From Tolypothrix carrinoi HA7290-LM1 (GTDB lineage: Bacteria; Cyanobacteriota; Cyanobacteriia; Cyanobacteriales; Nostocaceae): DNA of 43,712 bases. The stretch is from positions 1-43,712 of the forward strand of contig JAHHIK010000069.1 in assembly GCA_019358935.1 (NCBI GenBank), read 5' to 3'. Shown piece after piece: positions 8,812-18,100 of the stretch (position 1 is its first letter; every line of letters starts with the position of its first letter). A program made the translations under genes and the position numbers. The notes below the pieces were generated by a model. That model was not told the DNA's origin. It saw only the letters and a program-made list of their open reading frames with translations, and searched no databases.

Positions 8812-9299
8812 CCACCACAATTAACCGTTACCTAACCGCAATAAGCGACCAACAAATCATTGATCAACGCCTGACGGAACTATTTGAGATAGAGAAAGAA
8901 GTAGCAGCCAAGCAAGCGCTTCTAGGAGATGCCGAAGGGGATGTTTTACAGGTCTTAACCCACTCTGAACAAGTTAAGTTGTTGAGAGCGCTGGTAATAC
9001 AAAAAGTCGCTAATGGGGAAAGTGCAGAGGAAGCACTTAATGCTTTGGCGATAATAGAAAACACCCCGCCACATCCCATTAAGCGCGACTATCTTTATTC
9101 CATCCCGGTGCTATCAGAAATCGGCGACATTATTCGGTGTGGATTTTGGTTGACGGTATTAACTCCTGCGGTAATTGCGCTAATGCTTTGGCTTAATCCA
9201 GCGATGTGTAAGCCGATTGGAGGTAGTGCGAATAATAGTCAAGTTTGCAGTGCCGCTCGTGCCTTTGACAAGTTGTTCTACAATTACCAAAATAAATAA
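8790..9299 (+). CDS. Membrane protein (N-terminal coiled coil, C-terminal TM, Cys pair)
   Basis: GFWLTVLTPAVIALMLWL TM segment; ATG 8790 preferred. Confidence 0.7.
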   Translation: MQLFNRLTTTINRYLTAISDQQIIDQRLTELFEIEKEVAAKQALLGDAEGDVLQVLTHSEQVKLLRALVIQKVANGESAEEALNALAIIENTPPHPIKRDYLYSIPVLSEIGDIIRCGFWLTVLTPAVIALMLWLNPAMCKPIGGSANNSQVCSAARAFDKLFYNYQNK

Positions 9300-9301
9300 T
9301 T

Positions 9302-9522
9302 ATGTTCACACCCGCACAGCTAGACTTGTTAATTCTTACCCAATGGGGAGAAGATTGGACACCCGAATATTTCCCCTAAGCGGTCACGCTCGGCAGGCAA
9401 ACAATTCGATATATCAAGCGAGCGAACTTGAAACTTTAATGGCGTGGATTGAGACTTTAAATCCTGAGAAAATCCGCTTTCCTGCAAATGGCTCTGATGC
9501 TACGGGCGTGATATTTAATTAA
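9302..9522 (+). pseudogene. Small hypothetical gene, apparently frameshifted near 9375
   Basis: ATG 9302 gives MFTPAQLDLLILTQWGEDWTPEYFP-stop; the continuation YQASELETLMAWIETLNPEK is in another frame. Confidence 0.35.
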
Positions 9523-9776
9523 GTCCGAAATCCCTCATTTCTCCGCATTTCTCGCATCTCTGCTATTTGGCATTCGGTTCCCAAGTTAGCTGTTCAAAGT
9601 CAGGCATATTTTCCTCTCTATCCCGTGAGTAGGCGCTTGGCTCTAGTCCGACGACTTCGGTTTCTGGGCTGAGTTCTGCGACATGGTTCATTTTTATGTC
9701 CGATTTTTGGTCATCTTCTCCTATTATATTTGTGGTGAGTAATGATTCAGGAAACTTATAAAGTTATTCAACATCT

Positions 9777-10388
9777 TTATGTTACTGGGTGATATAGTCC
9801 CGTATGAGAGTTAAATTCCCACCCGATACCAGAAGTATCCTTACGTTTAGACCATCCAACAAAAAGTGGCGGTGGCTGGCAAATACGCTCTTTGCGTACA
9901 GTTTCTACATTCACACCTAATCTTTTAGCTAAATTTTCTTCTGTTAATGGCTGAATCCGAGTAGTTTGTCCTTGATAATATGAATTGTTATAGTATGATT
10001 TATTCCGCTTTGGTTGGTTGTTGAGGTTATTTTGTATCTGGATAATTGCCTCAGCAAATTGTGCCATTCGGGTTGTCATCCCCTCGATTTTTTGTTCTAG
10101 TGAGGCAAGGCGTTTGGTTGAGTCCGTTTCATTGCGAGGCGACCCACCCAACAACTGTGACTCCAAATTATCAAGCCGTTCGTAAATAGCTCCTATCGTT
10201 TGACTTGTAGCATTAGATGTGCTATCACTGCTGCTGTCCAACGCCAATATTAATTCATCCAAACCTTGAAGTACCTCGCTTGTGCGTCCTTGTCGATGCA
10301 ACCGGGATAATTCCCTGACTGCGGGAATTAGGGCAGTGGGGACGCGGATCATTTGGCTTGGTTTATTTTCATCACAGGAAGAAGACAT
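9777..10388 (-). CDS. Putative plasmid DNA-binding protein (N-terminal DNA-binding segment, coiled coil, C-terminal HTH-like)
   Basis: MIRVPTALIPAVRELSRLHR N-terminus; LTEENLAKRLGVNVETVRK HTH-like; GATATC-type repeats upstream (10391-10454). Confidence 0.7.
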   Translation of the reverse strand: MSSSCDENKPSQMIRVPTALIPAVRELSRLHRQGRTSEVLQGLDELILALDSSSDSTSNATSQTIGAIYERLDNLESQLLGGSPRNETDSTKRLASLEQKIEGMTTRMAQFAEAIIQIQNNLNNQPKRNKSYYNNSYYQGQTTRIQPLTEENLAKRLGVNVETVRKERICQPPPLFVGWSKRKDTSGIGWEFNSHTGLYHPVT

Positions 10389-10627
10389 GTTGATATCGCC
10401 ATTGATAGCAACGAAGACCGATATCGAATCTTATTGCATTGATATCACAATATCAGGAATTGGATGCTGAAAGCATTATTTGATTAACCGTTCTGGCTCA
10501 ACACATAAGAAAGTTGGAGTGATTGTGCAGCCCCAACAGCCCAACCTCCAAAGCTCCGCGCTGTCAAAGGGTCTGCTTCCCCCCCCTCTGGGAGTCCCTT
10601 CTGAGACTCAAGTAAACGTGTTAGGCT

Positions 10628-10657
10628 AATTATCGAAAACCTTTCTTTTCGATAGTT
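10628..10657. other. Candidate recombination (res/dif-like) site of the adjacent recombinase
   Basis: aatTATCGAAAA-cctttc-TTTTCGATAgtt: 9-12 bp arms with a 6-bp asymmetric spacer, directly before the ATG. Confidence 0.65.
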
Positions 10658-10658
10658 T

Positions 10659-11624
10659 ATGCCGCCACCAGATGATGATGGTTCTTTAGCACGGGCAAAT
10701 CCCTTTGCGATCGCCCTTGAACGCGATTTGTTGCAAGAGTTGTTGGTGGGCAAGCGCAATAAGAGTACTCGGCACGAGTATGCGAAGGATTTAAAGAACT
10801 TTTTCATGACGGTGTGCGGTCAAGAACCAACTGCGGTGTTGGTGGCGCAATTCCTACAAATGGACAGGTTTTCGGCGGTGACGCTGGTTTTGCGCTATAA
10901 GGCGATGCTGGTTGACCAGGAGTTGAAGGAAGCGACTGTCAACAGGCGGTTGGCGGCAATTAAGGCACTGGTTAATTATGCCTATAAGGTGGGGAAGTGC
11001 GACTGGACGCTTGCAGATATTAAGTGTGAGAAAGTAAAGCCCTACCGGGATACAACGGGGATTGGTCCGGAAGCATTTAAGAAAATGTTAGCAGTACCCG
11101 ATAGAGAAACGTTGAAAGGGAAACGGGATTATGCGCTGCTGCGGCTGTTGTGGGCAAATGCGTTGCGGCGTGAGGAGGTTTCCCACTGCAATATTGAGGA
11201 TTTGGATATGTATGCAAGGACGCTGGCTATCCTGGGAAAAGGGAGGGGAACCCAAAAGGAAAATATCGATTTGCACGCCCTTTCTTGCAATGCGCTACAG
11301 GATTGGTTGTTGGTGCGTAAAGAGTTAGATATCAAGCAACCGTTGTTTATTTCGCTACGACCGCTATATGGGCATCGGCTGACGGGCGATGGCATTCGCA
11401 AGATTGTTGTGGCGATTGCAAAGCGGGCTGGTATTTCTAAAACTATCAGCCCGCACAGAATCAGGCATTCGTCGGTAACGGCGGCGTTGGATGCGAGTAG
11501 TGGAGATGTCAGAAGCGTGCAAAAGTTAAGCCGCCATGCGAGTTTGAATACTTTGATGATTTACGACGACAACCGCACTAAGGCGCAGGGTAAAATCACG
11601 GCGTTATTGGAAGATTTGGTTTGA
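10659..11624 (+). CDS. Tyrosine recombinase (XerC/D-like resolvase/integrase)
   Basis: Catalytic residues R (ALRREE), K (GKG), HxxR (PHRIRH), H (SRHAS), Y (MIYD). Confidence 0.95.
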   Translation: MPPPDDDGSLARANPFAIALERDLLQELLVGKRNKSTRHEYAKDLKNFFMTVCGQEPTAVLVAQFLQMDRFSAVTLVLRYKAMLVDQELKEATVNRRLAAIKALVNYAYKVGKCDWTLADIKCEKVKPYRDTTGIGPEAFKKMLAVPDRETLKGKRDYALLRLLWANALRREEVSHCNIEDLDMYARTLAILGKGRGTQKENIDLHALSCNALQDWLLVRKELDIKQPLFISLRPLYGHRLTGDGIRKIVVAIAKRAGISKTISPHRIRHSSVTAALDASSGDVRSVQKLSRHASLNTLMIYDDNRTKAQGKITALLEDLV

Positions 11625-11665
11625 GATAATCGTTATTATAAGATTGCTGAGGAATAAAGCAATTA

Positions 11666-12552
11666 CTAGGACTCACTGTTATCAATTGATACATTAATTA
11701 CTATCCGATTTTCTGACGGATGTTTGTAATGTGGTTGGTTAATTTGGGGACATAAGTAGTCAAAAGAACTATCGGTATGTTCTAGTTGCATCTGACGGGG
11801 TGCATCCTTCCTCAATAACCGCATCCCCAATTTTTTCGCAGCGCTTGCAATTGCAGGCTGCTGCTCCAGTCGCTAATATTTCTTTGAGGTTATTGGCAAT
11901 ATTGATAAATCCCCTAGTATTTGTATTTTTAGGTAGTTGAGAGGCAATTTCTACTAATCGCTCAATTTCTGAACGATATTGTACTAAAAGAAACTGGTCG
12001 ATTTGACATTGGCTGCGACAAGTTTTTACATCACCAAATTCGTCGGCAAACTGCTTTAATCCCTCGGCTGGATTTTTTAAATCAACGTTAAGCGGTACAA
12101 GAGCACGGGCGCAGGCAGTTGAATCAATATTGGTATTGTTAAACTTTCTTCTTAGAATTAGTTCAAAACGTTTGATATAAATCGCTAAGATAGATAAAGC
12201 TTTTTCTTTATCTTGGTCACTGCTGAAATTAAGTTGGTGCGTACTAAATAATTGAGGTATAAGCTGTAAAATAGCTTTGAGTTCGCTTGCCTTGAATTTA
12301 TTGCTCCATAAAGCGATAGCATCTCCAATGCTGTTGATAGTCGTAAGACGCAGTACAAAGTAGAAGGAAATAAGATTAATAAGATAACTGCGCTTTATTT
12401 CCATCTGAACGTAGTTGGAAATGTTTTGCTGTTGGTCCCCAAATTGAGACTCAAAATACTGCTTGTAGACTTGCGTACCAAGTAACAGAGAACGTAACAC
12501 GCTCGGTGTCTAAAAAGTGTTGAGGGACAGATTTATCCTCCTAGCGCGACAT
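11666..12552 (-). pseudogene. PIN-like nuclease gene disrupted by a stop and two frameshifts
   Basis: ATG 12552 gives MSR*EDKSVPQHFLDT, shift, SVLRSLL (FLDTSV PIN start); KIGDAVI, shift near 11808, DAPRQMQLEHTDSSFDYLCP. Confidence 0.65.
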
Positions 12553-12961
12553 GTACCTCGTCTGAGTCGTTATCCAGGCTATTGTCAAGCTTTACCCCAA
12601 ACGGTAGGGTATCAAAGCCTAAGTTTTCGAGTGTTAAAATAGAGTCTTCGATATCTACATTGGTGATTGTTTCTTGATTCACTAGGGATGTAAGTAAGTC
12701 ATAAACTCCCTGGTACTGACTGGCTTTGTAGTCAATCCAGCGGTTGGAATATGCAAGGGCATCATGCAGCGCCATTACCACTTCTGTATAGGGATTAAAA
12801 GGTAATTTATCGCGCAACGAGCGCATTGTACGCAATAAGTTATCTGCATAAACAGCCGCCATTGGTTGTCCAGAATAAGAGGAGAGCTTTTGTAAATCTA
12901 CCAATATAGCTTTGGTCATTTCTTCCTGTGTTGCTTCTAAGACGGTTTGTTCGGCACTCAT
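12533..12961 (-). CDS. Hypothetical helical protein, likely partner of the PIN-like gene
   Basis: AAGGAG RBS; overlaps the PIN start. Confidence 0.75.
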   Translation of the reverse strand: MSAEQTVLEATQEEMTKAILVDLQKLSSYSGQPMAAVYADNLLRTMRSLRDKLPFNPYTEVVMALHDALAYSNRWIDYKASQYQGVYDLLTSLVNQETITNVDIEDSILTLENLGFDTLPFGVKLDNSLDNDSDEVHVALGG

Positions 12962-13024
12962 TATTTTTCTCCTTAAAAAAGTATGATTTTTTCGGAGCGC
13001 TTTTCTTACGCTTATTAGTTGTTG

Positions 13025-13468
13025 TTACTTGACTACTTTGCGTTCGACTTTTTCGATCTGGCGCGTCAAATTATTAAGTTTGGTTAGGCTGGAGCGAATA
13101 TTTCCTGCCTCCTTCCGGCTTTTTAACCGCTTCTTAGCTTCTTTCGTAACTTGCTTCATCACTGATTCCTTGTCCTTACAAGTTACGTAAAACGCTTCAA
13201 GTAATGTTTCGATTGTGACTTTTTCTCGGTTGCACAACTCGTCGAGTTCGTCTTTAATCGGGGTTTCCAACCGCACGGGTATTCTAGCAGCAATTTCTGG
13301 AAAGTTGGCGAGTAATTCTTCTAATCGCTTGAATTCTGATATTGGTTGCTGTGCTACATCCGTGTTAATTGTATAATATGTGTTTTGTGCTTGTGACTGC
13401 AATACATCAATACGTGGCTCCACGGTAGGTTGGGTTGCGCGATCGCGAATTTCATCTAAAAGGCTCAT
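13025..13468 (-). CDS. ParA partner protein (probable centromere-binding, RHH-like)
   Basis: Directly downstream of parA; RIPVRLETPIKDELDELCNREKVTIETLLEA RHH-like segment; AGGAG RBS. Confidence 0.7.
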   Translation of the reverse strand: MSLLDEIRDRATQPTVEPRIDVLQSQAQNTYYTINTDVAQQPISEFKRLEELLANFPEIAARIPVRLETPIKDELDELCNREKVTIETLLEAFYVTCKDKESVMKQVTKEAKKRLKSRKEAGNIRSSLTKLNNLTRQIEKVERKVVK

Positions 13469-13490
13469 TGGTTGCTCCTGCTACTATAAA

Positions 13491-14348
13491 TTACACTGTT
13501 ACGTAGGGGATTAGTTTTGCGTACTGTTCGGCTAATGCTGGTTTTAGTTTCTGTGCCAATATAGAAATTGGATATTCCAGTCCCGGTTGTCCTAAGTCTG
13601 TTGGGGATACCCGTTGGTTGATAGCATTTTTATATACATCAGATTCAAGCAGGTGAGGCAGCATTAAGTCTTTCCCCACAATTTCACCCATGAGCGTGAT
13701 ACTGCTTTTGGTAGCTTTGGTGGGGTTTACACCCGTCCACTTGGCACGAAAGGGTACTACTCCCAAGAGTGAGCCATAGGGTAATGCGGGCTGAAATTCC
13801 TTTACCAGTCCGAGTGTTCGTACCAACGACTGCACTCCCTTGACGTTGGCTTCTGCGGGGATTATCCACTTGTCACCGGCACCAAGGGAAGTTTGGGCAA
13901 GGTGCGATCGCTCTGGTGGTGGGTCTACAATAATCACCCCAAAGTTGTTGGCAATGGCTTGTAAGCGATTTCTCAGGATAAATAAACTAATCCCGCTGCT
14001 TGCTAGTTTATAGTTGGCGTTCTCTAACCCGTCATCCGAGGGGATTAAAAACAAGTTGGCGTTGCTGATGGTGTATGAGTCAAGTTGGACATCTGGTACT
14101 GGGGCGATGGCATTAACAAGGGGTGTTTTCTCTTCTGTAGTGGTGATTACCTCTAGCAATGTAGGGGTATTTGGTTGCACCTTGACCCCTAAAAAACTAG
14201 TAAGCGATGACTGCGGGTCAGCATCAATGAACAGTACGGGAATTCCCAATCGCCCCAGGTATCGACCTAGCATCAAGGCAACGGTTGACTTGCCCTGACC
14301 CCCTGCCAATCCTAGGGTGACGATTGTGGGAGTTGAGAAAAGTGGCAT
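13491..14348 (-). CDS. parA: ParA-family partition ATPase
   Basis: GLAGGQGKST, VLFIDADPQSSLT, IIVDPPP motifs. Confidence 0.93.
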   Translation of the reverse strand: MPLFSTPTIVTLGLAGGQGKSTVALMLGRYLGRLGIPVLFIDADPQSSLTSFLGVKVQPNTPTLLEVITTTEEKTPLVNAIAPVPDVQLDSYTISNANLFLIPSDDGLENANYKLASSGISLFILRNRLQAIANNFGVIIVDPPPERSHLAQTSLGAGDKWIIPAEANVKGVQSLVRTLGLVKEFQPALPYGSLLGVVPFRAKWTGVNPTKATKSSITLMGEIVGKDLMLPHLLESDVYKNAINQRVSPTDLGQPGLEYPISILAQKLKPALAEQYAKLIPYVTV

Positions 14349-14524
14349 TGTAGTAAAGTATAAAACAATTAGACAATAATTTTATAGTATTTTATTACAA
14401 TTATACATTTGTACAAAAGCAATAATGTACAGATGAAAGCTATATATAACAAGCTTTAAGAGCTTCTATTTCCGCTTGAGAAGGGATTTCGGCTCAATGC
14501 CCTGATATTTCGCCAACGGTATCG

Positions 14525-15145
14525 TTATTTTGGCAAGTCCCCATTTATATTTCCAATTGTTTGCTCAAAGGCTCTTTGAAAATTATGCGGGGGTATGCCA
14601 ACCATTAAAGCCGCGTCATTGCGTAAATGAATCTCTACATTACGTTCACGCTCAAGAAATAAATTGGCTTGCGGCAAATATCTAGGAGACAGAAAATGAA
14701 TTACCTGGTTGGAAGAGCCACGCCAACCCTTGTTGTCGTTAAGCTCTTGTATATATTGCCCATCAATAAGGACATCAATGATATTGAGAACTTTATCGAT
14801 ATTGTGATCGCATTTTGACCGCAGTTGCTCTATAGTAAAACCTGTAAAACAAATGATGGATATATCTCTTTCTTGTCTCAAGAGAGTGAATAGCTCCAAC
14901 AAAGCCTCTGCTTGAAGCATTGGTTCACCTCCTGAAACTGTTATCCCCTCTGTATTTGACGTAGAAAGCACCATATCTGCTAACAGTTTCGGCTCGATTA
15001 AAGTTGCTTTTATCATGGGTATCCAATCCGGAGAAATGCAGTTTCGGCAACGAAAACAGCAACCTTGAACCCAGATTACAAAACGCTGCCCAGGACCGAG
15101 AGTGTGTGTAGCAGGACAAATTTCTGCAATATTTAGGAGAGACAT
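14525..15145 (-). CDS. NrdG-like radical SAM (4Fe-4S single cluster) protein
   Basis: LGPG.RFVIWVQGCCFRCRNC (CxxxCxxC), GITVSGGEPMLQ, FTGF, DVLIDGQY, WRGSSNQ. Confidence 0.92.
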   Translation of the reverse strand: MSLLNIAEICPATHTLGPGQRFVIWVQGCCFRCRNCISPDWIPMIKATLIEPKLLADMVLSTSNTEGITVSGGEPMLQAEALLELFTLLRQERDISIICFTGFTIEQLRSKCDHNIDKVLNIIDVLIDGQYIQELNDNKGWRGSSNQVIHFLSPRYLPQANLFLERERNVEIHLRNDAALMVGIPPHNFQRAFEQTIGNINGDLPK

Positions 15146-15147
15146 AT

Positions 15148-18100
15148 TTAAAAGGTAACAATAGATTTTTTCTGCGCTGTCTCGTGTTGAATCCGAGCAT
15201 CAGAGAGTTCTTTGTCCAGATCAGCTAATAATTGACGAACTGTTTGGATAATCCTATCAACTTTATTTCTGTCCAGGGGTAGAAGATTTTGAGCCAGAAT
15301 ATTATCAGCTTGATAGTGAGCATGGAGATGAGAATATATTTCATCTGTTTCTTCTGCGTATTTGTTGAATTGTTGAATTGCTGTTTGTAGTTTATCCCAT
15401 GTTTGCTGATAATTTTGTCTTTGCTGTGCTAAATCATTAAGAACAACTGCTAAAGGTTCAGATAGTTTTGCACATTCTTCCTGAGTTAGTCTAATTAATT
15501 CTTGTGCAACAGTCTTTATAGTTGATTGATGTGCCAAATTTTTTTGCTGATAATTCTCAATCTGCGCCTCAAACAGCTTTTGCTGCTCTTGCAATTTTTT
15601 CAAATTATCTTCCAGTTGATTATTTTGCTGTGTCAAATTTTTCAGTTCATTTTCTAGGTTAGCTTTTTGTTGTTGTAAATTTTCCTTCAGTTTACTTTCT
15701 ACATCAGTGGATTGTTCTTTAATTTCTTGAATCGGCAATGCTATTTCATTATTACTTGGTTGTTCTCTTGGTAATGTTTCTGATTTACTAGCACCTGATG
15801 TACTAGATTCAGAATTTGGAGAATTAAATTCTTTTTTATGAGATCCACTAAGTTTTTTATGATTATCTAATTGAGCTAAAGCTTTCTGAATCATCACAAC
15901 TTTTTGATGTGAATCACCATATGCACGAGTATTAATTTCTAGAGCCTGACGATATAATTCTCCTGCTTCGTCAAACTTTGCTAGTGATTCATAAACATAA
16001 GCAAGATTACCCATGTTAGTAGCAATGCTGGGGTGATTCTCTTTAAAAATATGCTTTGTAATCTTTAATGCCTCTTCATATAATTTAGCAGCTTCTTGAT
16101 AACACGCTTCTTTACTAGCATCTTTGTCATCAAGAGCTTGATTTGTGAGATGACTTGCCAATTTATTCAGAATATTAACGACATTTGGATGTTCATTACC
16201 AAGTAGTTGTCGGCTTACATCTAATAACCTTTTATATAAAGCAACTACCTCATGATAACGACCTTGAGACTTATAAAGTTCAATCAGTCTCATTAATCCC
16301 TCTGAAAAATCAGGATTAATTGACTTGTCTTGATTATATATACCAATTGCATCAGTATACATAGATTCCGCCTCTGCTTCGCGGCCAAGAGAACGGTTTA
16401 ACTCTGCAATCTCCAGCATATATTCACAAACATTTGGGTTATCTTTCCCAAATACCTGCTTCGCCACTGCTAACGACTTTTGATAGAACTGTTCTGCATC
16501 TTCTTTACGATTTTGGCTAACTAAAAAACCAGCTAAAACAGACAATTTTTCACCTAATTTTGGATGGCTATCTCCTAGGGTTTGTTGAAACACTTCAATC
16601 GCTTCTCTGTATAGACTCTCCGTTTTTTCGTACTCTTTTTGAGAAAAACTAACATCTGCAAGGACACACAGCAATTCACCATACTTCGGGTGACTTGTAC
16701 CAAGTACAGATTTGTACATTTTTTGTGCTTTTGTTAGGTTTGGCTTGGCTTTATCAGCAGATCCTTGTTCCAGATAATTTACCGCCAAACGCAATAGAGA
16801 TTCAGCAACATCTGTATGTTCTTTTCCATAAATCCGTTCTTGTATTTCTAATGCTTCTCTATAAAGTATTTCTGCATCTTCATGACGACCTTGTGCAGTG
16901 TAAATTGAACCAAGGTTCATCAGGTTTATAGCATGAGTAGGATGTCCTGTATTATCTTTAGATTTGTTAATCTCAATGGCTTGTAGGCAAATTTCTTCTG
17001 CTTCTTGATGTCGCCCTTGAGCAAGATATACTTGTGCTAAATTACTCAAATATATGGCATATATGGGATGCTCATCTCCAAAAGTATCCTCTACTATCTT
17101 TTGAGCATCGCTACAAAATTCCTCAGCAGCACCAGTTAAACCTTGTTCTAGATAAAGAGTAGAAAACTTGATCAAAACATCAATAACAATCACAGGATTT
17201 TTCTGTAAGTATTGCTGACGTTCTTCAGATTCAAACTCTCCCAATTCAAATAGTTTTTCATAAAGTTCTCCAGCTTCCTGATATTTTCCTCGAATTCGAC
17301 AGACATCAGCTAAAGCACTCAAACTCGGAATCAAATCGAGACTCAAATTGGGAGTGAGGTTACGGTCTTGTTTAGCAACTATTTCTTCCAGAATTCTCAA
17401 GGATTCTCTGCAATAATTCTCTGCGTTTTCAAAATAACCTTGAGTAGCTAGTAGCTTTCCTAAATCACTCGACACATTCGCTTCAAAAACAGCTTTAGCC
17501 TCTTCTTCATCAAAGGCATTCTTTGCTTGTGGCAGTAGTTCTCTCAGGGATTTTTCTGCTTTTCTGAAGTTACCCTGTCGTGAATATATATGACTTAGTT
17601 CATATCGACTCCAAAGCAAGTTTATGTCTTTTGTTATTCCACGAGATGCCATTTGTGATTGACATTTTTCTCCCCAGTCTGCGGCTTGAGCATATATTCC
17701 TAAATAAGAATATATCAGCAACAGCCACGTATGAGACATGACAATTTCACTACCGTCCATTAAATAAGAGAAGGTTGTTGCTATTTCTTCAATGTGTGTG
17801 ACAACCAGCATAATTGGAGTATTGTCCACAGCATCAGGAGATTCTCCACGTAGCAGTTGATTGACTAAATTCATTATCTCACAACAGAAGCTTTTTTTGA
17901 GATCATCTGTACCATTAGATTGATCACACTTGTTTTTTATGAACTCACGGACTAGATGATGAAATTGATATAAGCTAGTTTCTTGACGTTGTAGGAGACT
18001 GAATTTTAATAGCCAGTCATCTCTCAGTTTTTCTACGTTATTAGGTTTCTGCTCGAACTGTAAATGTTCAACTATCCACCAAGGAATAGGAGCAAGAGCA

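Noticed and set aside
14525..15145. Viperin or RiPP-maturase assignment
   Set aside because: Its size and GPG.R, DG.Y and RGSSNQ motifs fit the NrdG-like activase family; no SPASM domain or adjacent precursor peptide seen
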